Below are positions 28,405 to 37,976 of a stretch of DNA of 64,000 nt, piece after piece. The DNA lies in assembly GCA_964642475.1 (NCBI GenBank), contig CAZXRC010000004.1:4604-68603 (forward strand), given 5' to 3'. The position numbers and the translations under genes were made by a program. The notes beneath the pieces were generated by a model that worked only from the letters and a program-made list of their open reading frames with translations, had not been told where the DNA came from and ran no database searches. Within the stretch, counting starts at the first letter, position 1. Every line of letters begins with the position of its first letter. The DNA comes from an uncultured Gemmatimonadaceae bacterium (GTDB lineage Bacteria; Gemmatimonadota; Gemmatimonadetes; Gemmatimonadales; GWC2-71-9).

Positions 28405-31400
28405 CTATACCCGCTCCAGCTCTCCCAGCCGTACCCCTACGATCGTGGATACGCCCGGCTCCTGCATGGTAACACCGTAAACCGCTTCGGCGGCCTGCAT
28501 GGTCCGGGGATTGTGGGTGATCACGATGAACTGGGTCGACTTCTTGAACTCCTCCAGCAGGCGGATGAACCGCCCCACGTTGGCATCGTCGAGCGGGGCG
28601 TCGACTTCGTCCATCAGGCAGAAGGGGCTTGGCTTGGTCAAGTAGATGCTGAACAGCAGCGACACCGCCACCAGGTAGCGCTCCCCGGTGGACAACAGGT
28701 GGATCCGCTGCACCTTCTTGCCCCGGGGTGCGGCGTGGATGTCGATCTCGCTCTCGAGCGGGTCGTCGGGGTTGGCGAGCCGGAGGTCGCACTCGCCGCC
28801 GCCGAAGAGGGTCTGGAAGACGTGGAGGAAGTTTCCCCGGATGGCGGTGAACGTGTCCATGAACATGGTGCGCGCGGTGCCATCGATCTCCCGGATCGCC
28901 TGGGTCAGGGAGTGCCGGGCGGCGACCAGATCGTCACGCTGGGCGGACAGGAACTCGAGCCGCTTGGACTCCTCGGCATGCTCCTCGACCGCCAGGGCGT
29001 TCACCGGTCCGATGCCGTCGAGCGCCTCGACGATCCGCCGGGATTCGTTTTCCAGGGTCTCCAGGTCGAGGTCGAGCATCGGCGCCTCGGCCAGCAGGGT
29101 GTCGAGCGGCTTCTTCCACTCGCTTTCCACCCGCTCAACGATGGCGCGGCGGCGGCCGGCCGCCTCCGTGGTTTCGAGTTCGAGCCGGTGGTATTCCTCG
29201 GTGAGCTGGTCCACCCGGTTCCTGGCATCGTGCAGGGTGCGTTCGGCCTCGGCCAGGGTCTGCTCCGCCCGCTCGGCCCCCTGATCGGCTTCGGCAGCCG
29301 CGACTTCGAGCTCCTGCACCGCCACCCGGCGCTCCGATCGGGCCTCGATCCACTGGGCCTGCTGCGCGGCGAGCGCCGCGGTGTCGGTTTCGATCTGCGT
29401 GAGCTCGCCCGCGAGGGTTACCACCGCCTGGTCGGCCTCGGAGCCGATCCGGCTGGCCCGATCCAGCGCCTGGCGGGCGCCATCGAGCCGGGCCTGCAGC
29501 TGGGCCTCCTGGACCTGCCAGTGCACCCGGGCGTCGCGGGCGGCTTCCTGCTGGGCCTCGAGATCGGCGAGAAGGGCCCGACCCTGACCCAGGTTCTCGT
29601 CCAGTCGGGCGCGAGTGAGGTCGCCCTCGGTCAGCGCGGCGTCGATCTCCTGCAGCCGGCGTTCGGAGCGTTCGATCCGCTCCTCCAGCGATGCGAGCTG
29701 GGTGGACGCCTCGGCGAGCTCGCGCTTCATCTGATTGGCCAGCCGGACGGCGTCTTCCTTCGCCCCGGCCGTCGCGCGCTCCGCCTCGCGGGCCTGATCG
29801 GCGGCGTGAGTGGCGGCCTCGAGGGCGGTCTCCGCTTCGGCCAACCGGGCGACGGTGGCGCCGAGGGCGAGGTCGGCCCGGTGGAGCGCGGACTGGGCCT
29901 CGCTCACCTCGGTGGCGAGGCTCTCGAGCTCGGCCCGGCGACGGAGGGGGCCGGAGGGGCTCGGGGCGCCGGCCAGCAGGATGGCGCCATTCGGGCGGCG
30001 GAGCGCTCGGCCGCTCGGTTCCAGCACCTCGGATCCGGAGAGGAGCGAGCGTACCCACCCATCGGCGGGGCCCTGGGCGTAGAGTCGCGAGCCGAGGGGC
30101 CCGTCGCCCAGGGGACCGGACGGCCCGCTGTCGGCGGGGAGCAGGACGATGGCCCCGGGCTGCTCCTCGGCGTGCCAAGCCTGGATCGCCGGGATGGCGG
30201 AGGCATCGCGGACCAGCACCGCGTGCACCCATTCGCCCAGCAGTCGCTCGGCCAGTTCGGCGTCCTCGCGGCCGGTCCGGATGAAGTCGCTCAAGGGGCC
30301 CAGGATGGCGCCGCCGAAACGGTCGCGGACGGACAGCAGGGCCGCGGCACCGGGGGCGAGCCCCACCCGATCACGCTCGAGTTCCTCCAGGGCCTGGCGG
30401 CGGGCGGTGAGCTGGGCCAGCGATTCCTCGGCGGTCCGGCGATCGGCGCGCTCCAGGGCCTCGCGGCGGCGGAGCTCGGCGACCAGGTGGCGGGCCCGCT
30501 CGGCCTCACCGGCGAGGCGCCGGGCCTCGCTGGCGTGACGGTCCGCGACATCGGTTGCCTCCGCCTGGCGGCGCTCGGCCACGTCCAGCTCGGCCGCCGC
30601 CGAACTCTTCCGGGCGGAGGCGGCGGTCGCCTGCTCGCGGAGCGACGCCAGATCGGTCTCGAGGGAGGTCCGCTCGCCTTCCAGCGAGCGCAGCGTGTGA
30701 ATGCGCTTCTGGAGCTCCTCTTCCAGCTGGCGGACCAACTGGCGCTGCTCACCCAGACGGAGCCGTACGTCCTGCTCAGTCGTGGTCCGGGAGGTGAGTT
30801 CGGCCTGGATTCGCTCCTTCTCCTGCAGCGCGGTGGTGTGCTCGGTCTCGGCGGCGTCGCGGTCGCGCACCGCCTGCTGGCGGCGGGACTCCATCTGGCC
30901 GCGCTCTTCGGAGGCACGGAGCTTCCGGGCCGCGGCGTTGGCGAGACGCTCCGCGGCCAAGGCCAGATCGCCATCCAGCTTCCCGAGCTCGAGCCGCACG
31001 TCGCCCAGGCGCCGGGCAATTTCGGTCCGCTGCCCTTCGGTACGGGCCCGGGTCCGCGCGGCCTCCTCCCGGCGTTCCTCCAGGGTGACCAGCTCCTCGC
31101 GCGAGGTGGGAAGTTCCCGCTCCAGGTCGCTGTGACGGGCGGTGGAGGTGGCCATGTGCTCGCTCAGGTCGTGCAGCACCCGCTTCGCGAGGGTGAGCTG
31201 GACGGCGAACTTCTCCTCCATGAGACGGGCGTGGCGTTCGGTCTTTCCCTTCTGCCGCGCCAGGCTCCGGATCTGGCTCTGCACTTCCGCGATGAGATCC
31301 TCCACCCGCTGGAGGTCGCCGGCGGTCTCCTCGAGCCGGCGCTCGGTGGTCTGCCGGCGGTCGCGATAGAGTCCGATGCCGGCGGCCTCCTCGAAGAGCG

Positions 31401-31875
31401 AGCGGCGCTCCTCGGCCCGATCGGAGAGGAGCCACTCGATCATCTTCGACTCGATCACCACCCCCGCGTCACTTCCCAGCCCGGTGCCGCGCAGCAGGTC
31501 CTGGATGTCGCGCAGGCGCACCACCGTCCCGTTCAGCAGGTAGTCCGACTGTCCGCTCCGGGAGAGCCGGCGGGTGATCTGGACTTCGCGATAGGCGATC
31601 GGGAGATCGCCGTCGGAGTTGTCGAGGAAGAGGGAGGCTTCGGTCACGTTGACCGGACGACGGGCCGCCGAGCCCTGGAAGATCACGTCCTCCATCTTGC
31701 CGCCGCGCAGGAGCCGGGCCGACTGCTCGCCCAGCACCCAGCGCACCGCATCGGAGACGTTGGACTTGCCACACCCGTTGGGGCCGACGATCGCGGTGAC
31801 GCCGTCGTGGAAGGTGAGCGAGACGGTGTCGGCGAAGGATTTGAAGCCGGACAGTTCGAGCTTCGTGAGCTTCAT
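28405..31875 (-). CDS. smc: chromosome segregation protein SMC
   Basis: 1156 aa. N-terminal Walker A FHDGVTAIVGPNGCGKSN, long coiled coils, hinge, C-terminal LSTGE signature (LLSTGERYLVAVSLLF) and Walker B (FCLMDEVDAPLD). Confidence 0.95.
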   Translation of the reverse strand: MKLTKLELSGFKSFADTVSLTFHDGVTAIVGPNGCGKSNVSDAVRWVLGEQSARLLRGGKMEDVIFQGSAARRPVNVTEASLFLDNSDGDLPIAYREVQITRRLSRSGQSDYLLNGTVVRLRDIQDLLRGTGLGSDAGVVIESKMIEWLLSDRAEERRSLFEEAAGIGLYRDRRQTTERRLEETAGDLQRVEDLIAEVQSQIRSLARQKGKTERHARLMEEKFAVQLTLAKRVLHDLSEHMATSTARHSDLERELPTSREELVTLEERREEAARTRARTEGQRTEIARRLGDVRLELGKLDGDLALAAERLANAAARKLRASEERGQMESRRQQAVRDRDAAETEHTTALQEKERIQAELTSRTTTEQDVRLRLGEQRQLVRQLEEELQKRIHTLRSLEGERTSLETDLASLREQATAASARKSSAAAELDVAERRQAEATDVADRHASEARRLAGEAERARHLVAELRRREALERADRRTAEESLAQLTARRQALEELERDRVGLAPGAAALLSVRDRFGGAILGPLSDFIRTGREDAELAERLLGEWVHAVLVRDASAIPAIQAWHAEEQPGAIVLLPADSGPSGPLGDGPLGSRLYAQGPADGWVRSLLSGSEVLEPSGRALRRPNGAILLAGAPSPSGPLRRRAELESLATEVSEAQSALHRADLALGATVARLAEAETALEAATHAADQAREAERATAGAKEDAVRLANQMKRELAEASTQLASLEERIERSERRLQEIDAALTEGDLTRARLDENLGQGRALLADLEAQQEAARDARVHWQVQEAQLQARLDGARQALDRASRIGSEADQAVVTLAGELTQIETDTAALAAQQAQWIEARSERRVAVQELEVAAAEADQGAERAEQTLAEAERTLHDARNRVDQLTEEYHRLELETTEAAGRRRAIVERVESEWKKPLDTLLAEAPMLDLDLETLENESRRIVEALDGIGPVNALAVEEHAEESKRLEFLSAQRDDLVAARHSLTQAIREIDGTARTMFMDTFTAIRGNFLHVFQTLFGGGECDLRLANPDDPLESEIDIHAAPRGKKVQRIHLLSTGERYLVAVSLLFSIYLTKPSPFCLMDEVDAPLDDANVGRFIRLLEEFKKSTQFIVITHNPRTMQAAEAVYGVTMQEPGVSTIVGVRLGELERV

Positions 31876-31891
31876 GCTGGGCGGATCCTGT

Positions 31892-33271
31892 TCAGCGGTC
31901 GGGTTGGTAGATGAAGAACGGCCGGCCCAGGCGCTTGCCGGTGGACTCGGCGGCCTCGCGGGTGGGGTAGGGGCCCAGCACGACCCGGAAGCCCTCGTCG
32001 GGGCTATGGGGATCGAGGACCGATGCCGGCAGCCCCTGCTGCTCCAGCTGGCGGGCCAACTCGGAGGACCAGGCCTTGTTCTGCGAACTCGAGACCTGGA
32101 GGTAGACCTTGCTCTCGCCGCCGTCGGTGGTATCCGCGACCGCGGTGCTGTCGGCGCCCGGGGCGGTGCCGATGCTCGCGGTGCCGGTCTCCGGGGTCCA
32201 GGCGAGGGGGAGCCAGTAGTCGGCGGCGCCGCCCTTCACCCGGCCGGTCGCCGGGGCGTCGGGCTTGGTGAGGTCGAAGGCTACCAGGTCGTCGCCCTGC
32301 TTGACCAGCAGGGTCTGCGAGTTGGTGACCGTCGGGAGGTCGACCGCCCAATCGGCGTGCAGGCCACGGACGAACTTGTTCCGGGCCAGGTCTACCAGCC
32401 AGAGCGAGTCGTTTCCCTGCGGGTGCACCATCAGCCAGCGACCGAAGGGGTCGGACCGGAGCGACGCGGCCGCGCCGGGGAGGCGGATCTCGTCGACCTG
32501 CTCCCGGGTGAAGCGGTTGAACACGAGGATGGAGCCTTCCCGTCGGGCCACGTAGAACCGGTGTCCGGAGGGCGAGAAGAGAATCGCGCGGGCATGGCCG
32601 TGTACCGGAATCGACACGCTCCGGTCGGGATGATCGGGCTCCACCAGCACGACCGCGGTGTCGGCGGCGACGGCCACGAGGTCGCCCCAGAAGGTGGCGG
32701 CGGCGTCCCCCGGGGGCAGCGGGATCTTGGCGGGCGGATCGTCGCTGCGGAGGACGGTGAGGGTGCTCCCCTGGCCACTGGAGACCGCAAGGAGGGCGGA
32801 GCCGCGGGTGCCGTACAGCTCGCGAGGCCGGGCCGGGAGCCGGGCTTCGAAGCGCTGGGGATTGCGGCGGACGAACTGGACCACCCGCAGGCTATCGTCG
32901 ACGGTGTAGAGAGTGCCGTCGGGCCCGACGGCGACTTCACGGACCCCGGTGGTGGGCTGCGGCCGGGGCCGGGCGGTAACGAGGTCGAAGCCGAGCACTT
33001 CGTTCTTGCCGGTGAGGCTGTAGACCACACCCAGGTCCAGATCGGCCCCGATAGGGCGCCGAAGCGCGGGGAGCGGGGCGGCGGACCGCCAGCCCCACGG
33101 CTCGAGCCGCGGCACGCGGTAGAGCTCGGCGGTGCCTCCGGCGGCCACCAGTCTCAGCAGACTCGAGGGCGGGGTAGTGGTGGCGACGGAGAGACCGCGG
33201 TAGGGCTGGGAGCCGGACCGGCAGGCGAGGACGAGCGCGATCGCGGCGGCCAGAATGGGGCGTCTGGGCAC
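31892..33271 (-). CDS. lipoprotein with beta-propeller-like body and C-terminal SPOR domain
   Basis: Probable GTG start 33271 gives the signal VPRRPILAAAIALVLAC (lipobox). C-terminal SPOR-like VYLQVSSSQNKAWSSELARQLEQQGLPASVL...FRVVLGPYPTREAAES. The track ORF extends to 33370. Confidence 0.7.
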   Translation of the reverse strand: MPRRPILAAAIALVLACRSGSQPYRGLSVATTTPPSSLLRLVAAGGTAELYRVPRLEPWGWRSAAPLPALRRPIGADLDLGVVYSLTGKNEVLGFDLVTARPRPQPTTGVREVAVGPDGTLYTVDDSLRVVQFVRRNPQRFEARLPARPRELYGTRGSALLAVSSGQGSTLTVLRSDDPPAKIPLPPGDAAATFWGDLVAVAADTAVVLVEPDHPDRSVSIPVHGHARAILFSPSGHRFYVARREGSILVFNRFTREQVDEIRLPGAAASLRSDPFGRWLMVHPQGNDSLWLVDLARNKFVRGLHADWAVDLPTVTNSQTLLVKQGDDLVAFDLTKPDAPATGRVKGGAADYWLPLAWTPETGTASIGTAPGADSTAVADTTDGGESKVYLQVSSSQNKAWSSELARQLEQQGLPASVLDPHSPDEGFRVVLGPYPTREAAESTGKRLGRPFFIYQPDR

Positions 33272-33399
33272 GCCGGAAAGTAGCGGATTGGAGGGGGGGC
33301 ACAAAGGGCTGATGTTCTTGCACGGCCCGAACATTGGCTTACCGCGGCGGGGGTATCGTGGCCGACTCACACCGCGACCTCACTTGGGCAGGTGTTCAT

Positions 33400-33435
33400 G
33401 CCCGGCACTCGCCCCGGTGACGGGGAGTGCCGGGC
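33400..33435 (+). other. very stable imperfect hairpin in the amidohydrolase 5' region
   Basis: GCCCGGCACTCGCCCCG-GTGA-CGGGGAGTGCCGGGC (about 16 bp with one bulge). Ends about 10 nt before the GGAGGA RBS. Confidence 0.5.
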
Positions 33436-33455
33436 GCGCTGCGACGGAGGAGACC

Positions 33456-34850
33456 ATGCACTACCCCTCGCTCACCAGGCCGGGATGGCGCCAGACAGCC
33501 ATCTGTGGGCTGGCCATTGCATGTATTACCGCCTCCAACCCTCCGTTACCTCCCGCTCGCCTGCCTGGTCAGCTGGACGGACCGTTCGCCCTGGTGGACG
33601 TGACGGTCATCACCATGACGCCGGCGGGAACCCTGGCGCATCGCACCGTCGTGGTGGACTCGGGCCGGATCGCGGCCATTGGTCCGGCCGATACCCTGCT
33701 CGAGACCGTGCCGGTCCTGGGAGTCCCGCGTGGGACCGTGGTCCTCCCGGGCCTGATGGATCTGCATGTGCACCTCCTGGACCGCGACGAGTTCCTGCTC
33801 TACCTCGCCAACGGTGTCACCACCGTGCGGAACCTCCACGGTCTCGGCCGCCATCTCGCATGGCGCGACAGCCTGGAGCGAGGCCAGCTTGTGGGGCCGC
33901 GGCTGGTCACAAGCGGCCCGATCCTCGAGTCACCCCCGCTGCATCGCGGCACCAACACGCCGGTGGGCGGCCCATCGGAGGCCGAAGCGCTGGTGGCCGC
34001 CCAGGCCGGGGCGGGCTATGACTACATCAAGATCTACGACAACGTCCCGCTTCCCGTCTACGACGCCCTGGCGCAGGCCGCACGGCGCCACGGCCTGCCC
34101 CTGATCGGGCACCTTCCCGACCTGGTCGGGCTCGATGGGCTGTTCTCCCGTGGGCGCCAGGCCGAGGTGGAGCACCTCGAAGAGCTACTGCCATTCACCG
34201 CAGATGGGCGCGATCCGGGGTTGGTCGACTCCATCGCGCGGGGGCTGGCCCGGGGAGGGATCGCGGTGGTGCCGACGGCGAGCGTATTCACCAGTGCCCT
34301 GACCCAGTCCGAGGCTCTCGACGCGCACTGGAACCGCCCCGAAATGGCGTACGTGAATCCCGCCACCGCGACCCTGTGGGGGTGGCGGGAGACCTCCGCC
34401 AGTCGGGCTAACAATCCCCAGGCGGTCGCGCGCTACCGTCGGACGGTCGGCTTCTTCCGTGAGGTCCTCCTGCCACGGCTTCACCAGGCCGGGGTTCGGA
34501 TCATCGCGGGCAGCGATGCCCCGGTCGCGATGGTGGTTCCGGGATTTTCCCTGCTCGACGAACTGGAATTCTATCGCTCGGCGGGGCTGAGTCCGGAGGA
34601 GGTCTTGCGGACCGCGACGGTCGATGCCGCGAGCGCGCTGCCGCCCCACCTCGCGGCGACGGGCCTCGGCACGATCCGTCCGGGCGCGCCCGCTGACCTG
34701 ATCGTCCTGTCCGGCAACCCCCTTCAATCCATCGGTGCGCTGCGTGATCGCCTCGGGGTGATTGCCCGGGGGCGCTGGTGGTCCGCCGACCGCCTCCAGA
34801 GCAGCCTCGACAGTCTCGCGCACGCCTACCGGGCGGGGCACCGGCGGTAA
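33456..34850 (+). CDS. amidohydrolase family protein (secreted)
   Basis: ATG 33456 with GGAGGA upstream. Metal-binding HxH (LMDLHVHLL), GSDAP near the C-terminus, signal-like N-terminus. Confidence 0.85.
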   Translation: MHYPSLTRPGWRQTAICGLAIACITASNPPLPPARLPGQLDGPFALVDVTVITMTPAGTLAHRTVVVDSGRIAAIGPADTLLETVPVLGVPRGTVVLPGLMDLHVHLLDRDEFLLYLANGVTTVRNLHGLGRHLAWRDSLERGQLVGPRLVTSGPILESPPLHRGTNTPVGGPSEAEALVAAQAGAGYDYIKIYDNVPLPVYDALAQAARRHGLPLIGHLPDLVGLDGLFSRGRQAEVEHLEELLPFTADGRDPGLVDSIARGLARGGIAVVPTASVFTSALTQSEALDAHWNRPEMAYVNPATATLWGWRETSASRANNPQAVARYRRTVGFFREVLLPRLHQAGVRIIAGSDAPVAMVVPGFSLLDELEFYRSAGLSPEEVLRTATVDAASALPPHLAATGLGTIRPGAPADLIVLSGNPLQSIGALRDRLGVIARGRWWSADRLQSSLDSLAHAYRAGHRR

Positions 34851-35050
34851 CCGTGCCCCGGGAGCGCGGGACCGCCACTCCCAGGCGAGGGGTGACGTTC
34901 GGCAGGCTCCGTTCCGGCGCACCGCCAACCAGGGTACCGCGCGCGAGCCGCGTGCATGGATGGCAAGAGGCCGCGCGTTTCACGAGCTTCGGACACGCGC
35001 TCCCTGCGGTGGCCACAGGTTGGTCGCGACCCCGGAATACGGAGCAACCA

Positions 35051-35500
35051 ATGTGGAGACGGGTGCTGGGAAGGCTCAGCGTGCTGGCGGCGGTGCAGAG
35101 CAAGGGGGCCGAGCCTGTCGGCGAGGCGAGACTGCTGGTCGCAGGGAACTATGAGGTATCGCTCGAGTATCGCAGCAATACCTGCTCTTTCCAGGATGCC
35201 CTCGGTTCGCTCCGGGTCGCGGTGCGCCACACCCCCGATGCGCCAACCCTGACTCTCGTCGACGGCAACGCGACCTTCGCCGCCACCATCGACTCCACAG
35301 CGAGCTTCCGGACGACACCCCTCTCCGGCTCGGATGGCCGGGGTAACCAGCTCTCCGGAATCCAGTTGACCGGCCGGTTCACCCGCACCGGTTTCGACGC
35401 GGAACTCGGCGTGAACGTCCTGCCGCCGGCGGGGGTGGCGTGCCGTTATGTGATCAGCTGGACCGGCCGTAAGCTCGGCCCGGACAACGTCATTCCCTGA
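35051..35500 (+). CDS. hypothetical secreted protein (149 aa)
   Basis: ATG 35051 with GGAG upstream. N-terminal signal-like MWRRVLGRLSVLAAVQS. No family recognised. Confidence 0.5.
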   Translation: MWRRVLGRLSVLAAVQSKGAEPVGEARLLVAGNYEVSLEYRSNTCSFQDALGSLRVAVRHTPDAPTLTLVDGNATFAATIDSTASFRTTPLSGSDGRGNQLSGIQLTGRFTRTGFDAELGVNVLPPAGVACRYVISWTGRKLGPDNVIP

Positions 35501-35518
35501 GGCGGGTACCGGCGGCAC

Positions 35519-36226
35519 TCAGCGGAGCGGTTCGCAGGGCGGACCGATCCGGTATCCGACCTTGCGGATGGTGAGGACGATGTCCGGGTGATTGGGGTCG
35601 GCTTCGATCCGCGACCGGAGAGCGGCGATGTGGGTATCGACCGTGCGGGTGAACACCCCGGCATCATAGCCCCACACTCGCAGGAGCAGGTTGCCCCGCG
35701 CCACCACACCGCCCCGGGCGCGGCAGAGCGCGATCAGGAGATCGAGCTCCTTGGGTCGGAGCGCCACCGGGATCCCTCCGCGCAACACGGTACGCTCCGT
35801 GACGCGCACCTCGATCGGCCCGACCCGGTAACCTTCGAGCAGCTCCGAGCGGGCCCGATCGGGACCGACGCGGCGCAGGAGCGCCTTGATCCGGGCGAGG
35901 AGCTCGAGGAGGCCGAAGGGCTTCACCATGTAGTCATCGGCGCCCCCGGAGAGCGCGCGGACCTTCTCGCTCTCGCCACCCCGGGCGGAGAGGACCAGGA
36001 TCGGCATCGTCGCCCCCCGGCTCCGGACCGTGGCGAGGACCGAAAACCCATCACGCCGTGGGAGCATGAGGTCGAGGAGGAGCAGCTCGGGATTCCAGGT
36101 ATCGACCTGGGTCACGCCGTCGATCCCGTCGCGGGCCACTCGTACCTCGTAGCCCTCGGCCTCCAGGTTGTCCCGGAGTCCGTTGGCGATGGCGCTGTGG
36201 TCTTCGACCACAAGGACCCGCGTCAT
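35519..36226 (-). CDS. OmpR/PhoB family response regulator
   Basis: MTRVLVVEDH..., LLLLDLMLP, KPF, winged-helix C-terminus (IRKVGYRI). ATGA overlap with the kinase stop. Confidence 0.9.
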   Translation of the reverse strand: MTRVLVVEDHSAIANGLRDNLEAEGYEVRVARDGIDGVTQVDTWNPELLLLDLMLPRRDGFSVLATVRSRGATMPILVLSARGGESEKVRALSGGADDYMVKPFGLLELLARIKALLRRVGPDRARSELLEGYRVGPIEVRVTERTVLRGGIPVALRPKELDLLIALCRARGGVVARGNLLLRVWGYDAGVFTRTVDTHIAALRSRIEADPNHPDIVLTIRKVGYRIGPPCEPLR

Positions 36227-37914
36227 GCGGACACCGCTCGCCAGCGGACGAGTACGCGGGCGCCGCCGGTCTCGCCGGTTTCGATCCGGCAGTCTCCGCC
36301 CTGGGCGCTCATCAGCTCCCGGACCACGGCCAGCCCGAGGCCCGTTCCGGTGACGGCGCCCTGCACGACCGAATCCAGGCGCACGAACGGCTCCCAGACT
36401 CGCGCGCGCTCGGACTCGGGAATGCCCGGTCCCTCGTCCTCGACGGCAATCTCGACATGACCCGCCTCCCGCCGGCCCCGCACCATCACGCGGCCGTCCG
36501 GAGGACCATAGCGAACGGCGTTGTCGAGCAGGTTCCGCAGGACCTGTCGCACCGCCCCGGGATCGGCCATCGCGCGCAGCGACGGGGGGAGGTCGAGGGC
36601 CCAGGTCACTCCGGTTTCGCCCGCGGTGTGAAAGCCGGAGACGACGTCTTCCACCAGCGGCGCCATCGCGACCGGTTCGAGCGCGACGCGCACCATTTGC
36701 CGTTCGGCCCGGCTGAAGTGAAGCACATTGTCGATCAACTCCTGCAGCCGCGTGGTCTCCTCCACGATGCCCCGTAACAGGTGCGCCGCCGAGCCCCGCC
36801 CGAGCAGGACGGTCTCGGCCGCCAGGCGGATCTGGGTCACCGGGGTCCGCAGCTCATGGGTGACGCTGGATGCGAAATCGCTTCGGATGCGCGCCAGCTG
36901 GACCGCCTTGAGGCCGACGACCGCGATCGTGAGCAGGAGGCCGAAGGCGAGGGCCAGCATCGCGAGCTCCCGCCAGGGGATAGATGGGGGATCGCCACCG
37001 GGAAGGAGTGCACCCTTGAGGGCAGGGTTGAGGCGGGCCGTCACGACCAGCCCGCCCCGGCCCAGGGGAAGCGAGAGTCGGTCGGACGCTCCCTCCGCAA
37101 ACGCCGGTGTGGAGGCGAAGAGTCGCTCCCCGTTTGGGAGCTCCACCGTGACCCCGACGAACCCCTGGTTATCCGGCACCGTGGCGAGGAGGAACCTTGG
37201 GACCAGTCGCACGTTCCGGTACGTCCGGGCGAACACCTCCCGCGCCATGTGGTCCGCAGGGACGACCAGCCCGTAGATGTAGTGCTCGCCCTCTTTGCCC
37301 CGCCGCTGGCTGACAAAGAGAACCTGGGTTCCCGCGGGAGTCGCGACGGCGGCGTAGCCGAAGCGCCACCCGGTCAGGGCCACCGTATCGGCGAGGCGCA
37401 ACGCCATGGTGGCCAAAGCCGAGTCGAGCTGTCGCAGGGGCTGCAGACTGCTGTCGACCGCGACGAACCGCCCTCGTTCACGGTGACCACGGAAGAGGAT
37501 CGTCACGCCGGCGTCGAGATAACAGGAGCAGGGATCGTCCCGCAGGCGGCGGATCATCTCGGCCAGGTCCCGCAGTGGGATCGGATCCGGGAGGACGGCG
37601 GGGGCCGCCGTGCCCGGCGGTGGGAGGATCGGTGCCCAGTGCTGGCGGAGCAGCGCCTCGGCCCCATTGGCGAACTGCTCCGTGACTACACTGGCGTAGT
37701 TGGTCAGCGTCGCCCGGACCGCGAGCCGCACCCGCCGCCGGGCCGCGATGCTGGCGGTAGCGACCACGCCGATCGCCCCCGCGGCGACCACCACGCCGAC
37801 CGCGATGGCCCAGGTCCACCGGCTCCGGGGGGGACGGGGCCCGCCTCCCGGCGCGGCGCGCCGCCTGCTCAGCAGAGGGCCGATGCCCCGTGGTCCGTCA
37901 TGCGCTCCTCCCAC
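36223..37914 (-). CDS. sensor histidine kinase (HisKA + HATPase_c)
   Basis: H-box SVTHELRTPVT, N-box NLLDNAVRYG, G-boxes EDEGPGIP and GTGLGLAVV. The true start may lie downstream of 37914. Confidence 0.85.
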   Translation of the reverse strand: MGGAHDGPRGIGPLLSRRRAAPGGGPRPPRSRWTWAIAVGVVVAAGAIGVVATASIAARRRVRLAVRATLTNYASVVTEQFANGAEALLRQHWAPILPPPGTAAPAVLPDPIPLRDLAEMIRRLRDDPCSCYLDAGVTILFRGHRERGRFVAVDSSLQPLRQLDSALATMALRLADTVALTGWRFGYAAVATPAGTQVLFVSQRRGKEGEHYIYGLVVPADHMAREVFARTYRNVRLVPRFLLATVPDNQGFVGVTVELPNGERLFASTPAFAEGASDRLSLPLGRGGLVVTARLNPALKGALLPGGDPPSIPWRELAMLALAFGLLLTIAVVGLKAVQLARIRSDFASSVTHELRTPVTQIRLAAETVLLGRGSAAHLLRGIVEETTRLQELIDNVLHFSRAERQMVRVALEPVAMAPLVEDVVSGFHTAGETGVTWALDLPPSLRAMADPGAVRQVLRNLLDNAVRYGPPDGRVMVRGRREAGHVEIAVEDEGPGIPESERARVWEPFVRLDSVVQGAVTGTGLGLAVVRELMSAQGGDCRIETGETGGARVLVRWRAVSA

Positions 37915-37976
37915 GGGCGGAAGGTACCCGTCGGGGGACCGGGATTGTCCGAGAACGGAAAGAAATCCGATCCCCG

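Noticed and set aside
28339-31914. 1191-aa ORF on the plus strand
   Set aside because: It is exactly antisense to smc, whose product has clear SMC motifs. The translation is low-complexity Gly/Ala/Leu/Arg/Pro-rich with no recognisable domain. Long open antisense frames are expected in very GC-rich DNA.
33287-37976. The repeat-flanked cassette interpreted as a classical mobile element (IS, transposon or integrative element)
   Set aside because: I saw no transposase, integrase or recombinase ORF, no terminal inverted repeats and no tRNA attachment site. The flanking repeats are a gene fragment rather than short target-site duplications. It is kept as a recombination or duplication signature only.
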